DNA from: a virus
Lineage: Duplodnaviria > Caudoviricetes
IMG/VR virus record: IMGVR_UViG_3300033407_000038
Coordinates: 1 to 44,154 of that record
Strand: one strand, 5' to 3'
Length of the DNA stretch: 44,154 bases
The notes beneath the pieces were generated by a model that saw only the letters and a list, made by a program, of their open reading frames with translations, had not been told where the DNA came from and did no database searches. Of this stretch, positions 42,801 through 44,154 are shown one piece after another. How positions within the stretch are numbered: position 1 is the first letter of the stretch; every line of letters starts with the position of its first letter. Both the position numbers and the translations under genes were made by a program.

Positions 42801-44154
42801 ACCAGCTTCAGTAGTAAAACTCCTGGTAGTAGCCCAATCTCCATAGGTGTTACTTCCTGATGGGTCAATGGCTCTTACTCTCCAGAAGTATTCAGTTGAG
42901 CCATCTAGTTCTTCACCAGACTGAACGTCATAGTCAGCTAAATCTCCTGAATCAAAGGGGTCTGTATCTCCACCGTCTGTGGTGTTGGCAAAGCCTGCAT
43001 CTGTGCCAGAGACTTTGTCGAGGAGGGGGAGAACATTGACATAAAAGCAAAGGTCGTCAGAGCTTCTTGCTTGTAATGACCCCTCAAATCCGTCATTGTC
43101 ATACATATTACCGTCATGTGAGGGAGAGCTACCATCATAACCCAACACTAAATGATTAGAGATATCCCCCGAGCTATAAAAAGCTTCTATACAATACTTA
43201 GTTCCATTGCTTGTGGTATATGGTGTAGAAAAAGTAAACTCTATTAACTGATAAGAGGTAGTTAGTGTTGATATATCGTAAGTATCAGAAGTTGCTAAGG
43301 CACTTCCCGTCGGCAACGAAGATGTCCCATAAGTTCCTGAGTGTGCAAATAGACGTGCAGTAATATTCCCCGTAGGAGAACCAGACTTTTTGAGGTAAAA
43401 CCTAACTTTTGTAATAGATGTTCCATCTCCCGTAAAAGATTGACCATGACGTCTATTTCCACTGAAAGGTTTTGTGTAGGAGATGTCATTACTATCTTGG
43501 TTACTCTCAGAGTAACTGTCTGTCGTTCCACTCTGACTATCAAAAGTATTTACCGTATCCACCTGCACGTTATATCTAACATCATCAGCTTCTGGGTCTG
43601 TGCCCGTAAACTGTAAAGTTGGAGCAACTGCTACTCCTGTTGCTGAGTCTGCTGGAGAATTAAGGACTGTTGTAGGAGGTTCGTTATCCTCAGCTATCTC
43701 AATTGCAAAACCTATTGCTCCTGTTCCTGTAAGAGTAGTCCAGTCTGCTGTTGTATCGGCACTTTGGTAATCGTACTGACTTTGGACTGTCATGTCTGTC
43801 TGGAAGGACAGCGATGTTTCGTCTATCTCAGTAAAACCTGTACCAGGAGTAATTGTTCCCGTACCAACATCTAAAACTCCAGCCAAAACCATGTTAGCGG
43901 CACCAGGTGTACTTCCAAGGGTTGCAGTTAGTTCTGTAACTGCTCCACTGTTAGTTGCTGATTGTACAAAAGGCGTTGAATCGTGTCCCGTAGTCTCAAT
44001 AACCTGCATTACCTTTTGTCTGGTAGACCCACTAAAAGTTGCGGTTATAACTCCACTTCCAGGGTCGCCTGTGACTTTAGCATAGGCAACAGCAAAGTTT
44101 GAAAACCTATTCGGTCCCGATTGCCATTGAAAAGAGTCTTGTAAGATAGTCCAC
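39873..44154 (-). CDS. Giant Ser-rich (mucin/SRRP-like) virion fibre/surface protein; true start at 309 across the junction, 1487 aa
   Basis: Beta-rich domains (a duplicated ITPGTGFTE domain; an FN3-like domain with YFWRVRA) alternate with ~200-aa and ~500-aa SxSx tracts. Confidence 0.88.
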   Translation of the reverse strand, partial: WTILQDSFQWQSGPNRFSNFAVAYAKVTGDPGSGVITATFSGSTRQKVMQVIETTGHDSTPFVQSATNSGAVTELTATLGSTPGAANMVLAGVLDVGTGTITPGTGFTEIDETSLSFQTDMTVQSQYDYQSADTTADWTTLTGTGAIGFAIEIAEDNEPPTTVLNSPADSATGVAVAPTLQFTGTDPEADDVRYNVQVDTVNTFDSQSGTTDSYSESNQDSNDISYTKPFSGNRRHGQSFTGDGTSITKVRFYLKKSGSPTGNITARLFAHSGTYGTSSLPTGSALATSDTYDISTLTTSYQLIEFTFSTPYTTSNGTKYCIEAFYSSGDISNHLVLGYDGSSPSHDGNMYDNDGFEGSLQARSSDDLCFYVNVLPLLDKVSGTDAGFANTTDGGDTDPFDSGDLADYDVQSGEELDGSTEYFWRVRAIDPSGSNTYGDWATTRSFTTEAGGGGSSSVSPSLSPSASLSPSASQSPSASASASESASASASQSPSASLSPSASESKSLSPSASQSPSASASASQSPSASLSPSASESPSISPSASLSPSSSASASQSPSDSQSPSASASASSSASASASESPSESPSLSPSASLSPSASQSPSASASASASASESRSQSPSASQSPSASASASLSPSASLSPSASLSPSASFSAGSGITATHILTTGTTSDDSSYSISSGSGVTEGTLVLASIMSTGASGVSNTPTVTWDVGTDNTPFTVIDTQTIGNRKISLHRAYINKDSTANFLIDFAGQTQTMCLRSFVTISGDIDLTGANTTNNAENAIVQSDRNSGTGVTSLAVTLGAFSHLLNATFGTVGTNLNAGITPGTGFTELGDTSIAENFALQTQFKNTNDTSVDWSFSTANVVGLAVELKSLAGSASLSPSASLSPSASLSPSASQSPSASESPSVSPSASLSPSASESPSLSPSASLSPSASASASQSPSASLSPSASASASASASASASASASESPSLSPSASLSPSASLSPSASQSPSASQSPSASASASSSASESPSLSPSASLSPSDSASASLSPSASLSPSASASASGSASASASASASESPSESPSLSPSASLSPSASASASQSPSASLSPSSSESPSISPSASQSPSASESASLSPSASQSPSASASASVSPSASQSPSASASASQSPSASQSPSASASASASASESASVSPSEGSESPSQSPSASLSPSASQSPSASESASASASESKSQSPSASLSPSASESASQSPSASQSPSSSASASLSPSASLSPSASESPSLSPSASASASVSPSPSESKSQSPSASLSPSASESQSQSPSASLSPSASGSASVSASESASQSPSASLSPSASVSPSLGSGSPSGSASQSQSISPSPSVSASLSPSASVSPSSSASPSLSPASYVDIYVEQATVYVTKYDDQGNAFTDKYNVTGNLYADKYTDWTELP
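40015..41525 (-). repeat. Coding Ser-x repeat tract 3 (~500 aa)
   Basis: ([16 protein letters not shown])n. Confidence 0.95.
42190..42795 (-). repeat. Coding Ser-x repeat tract 4 (~200 aa)
   Basis: ([16 protein letters not shown])n. Confidence 0.95.
44028..44154. repeat. Terminal direct repeat (identical to 1-127)
   Basis: Exact match to the first 127 nt. Confidence 0.97.

Noticed and set aside
40004-42868. Alternative-frame L/H/Q/R-rich ORFs over the Ser tracts (also 10437-10916)
   Set aside because: These are shadow frames of low-complexity Ser/Ala/Pro codons, with no independent start signals.
1482-44085. All plus-strand ORFs in the track
   Set aside because: They are short, antisense to well-supported minus-strand genes, and carry no recognisable motifs.
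44028-44154. 127-bp terminal repeat as a biological DTR
   Set aside because: It falls mid-gene and its length equals a common assembler k-mer; it is best read as circular assembly overlap.
1-44154. Stop-codon reassignment
   Set aside because: Long genes are intact in the standard code, coding density is high, and TAA, TAG and TGA all end genes.

Overview
The window is a complete, circularly permuted phage genome of about 44,027 bp: bases 1-127 equal 44028-44154, and a 1487-aa gene reads through the join. All credible genes lie on the minus strand. The layout is podovirus/P22-like: terS, terL, portal, scaffold, capsid, tail adaptor and nozzle, ejection/polyvalent proteins, lysis genes and small early genes. 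I recognise no integrase, polymerase, helicase or primase. The standout feature is an apparent virion mucin-type O-glycosylation system. A ~9.2 kb translationally coupled operon encodes three paralogous enzymes resembling polypeptide GalNAc-transferases (DxH ... W/YGxx..E ... WLxGG ... YAH motifs), a WbpP-like epimerase, a UDP-sugar dehydrogenase, a GmhA-like isomerase, a nucleotidyltransferase, a further glycosyltransferase and three O-methyltransferases. On the circle the operon sits between structural-module genes, and three of these carry long Ser-x-Ser-x ([11 protein letters not shown]) tracts totalling roughly 1,000 residues. Other points are a Tad2/DUF2829-like gene, many leaderless promoters in two classes, a 22-nt covarying motif before the scaffold and capsid genes, and several structured non-coding RNA candidates. 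Family calls rest on motif recognition by eye, not database searches.
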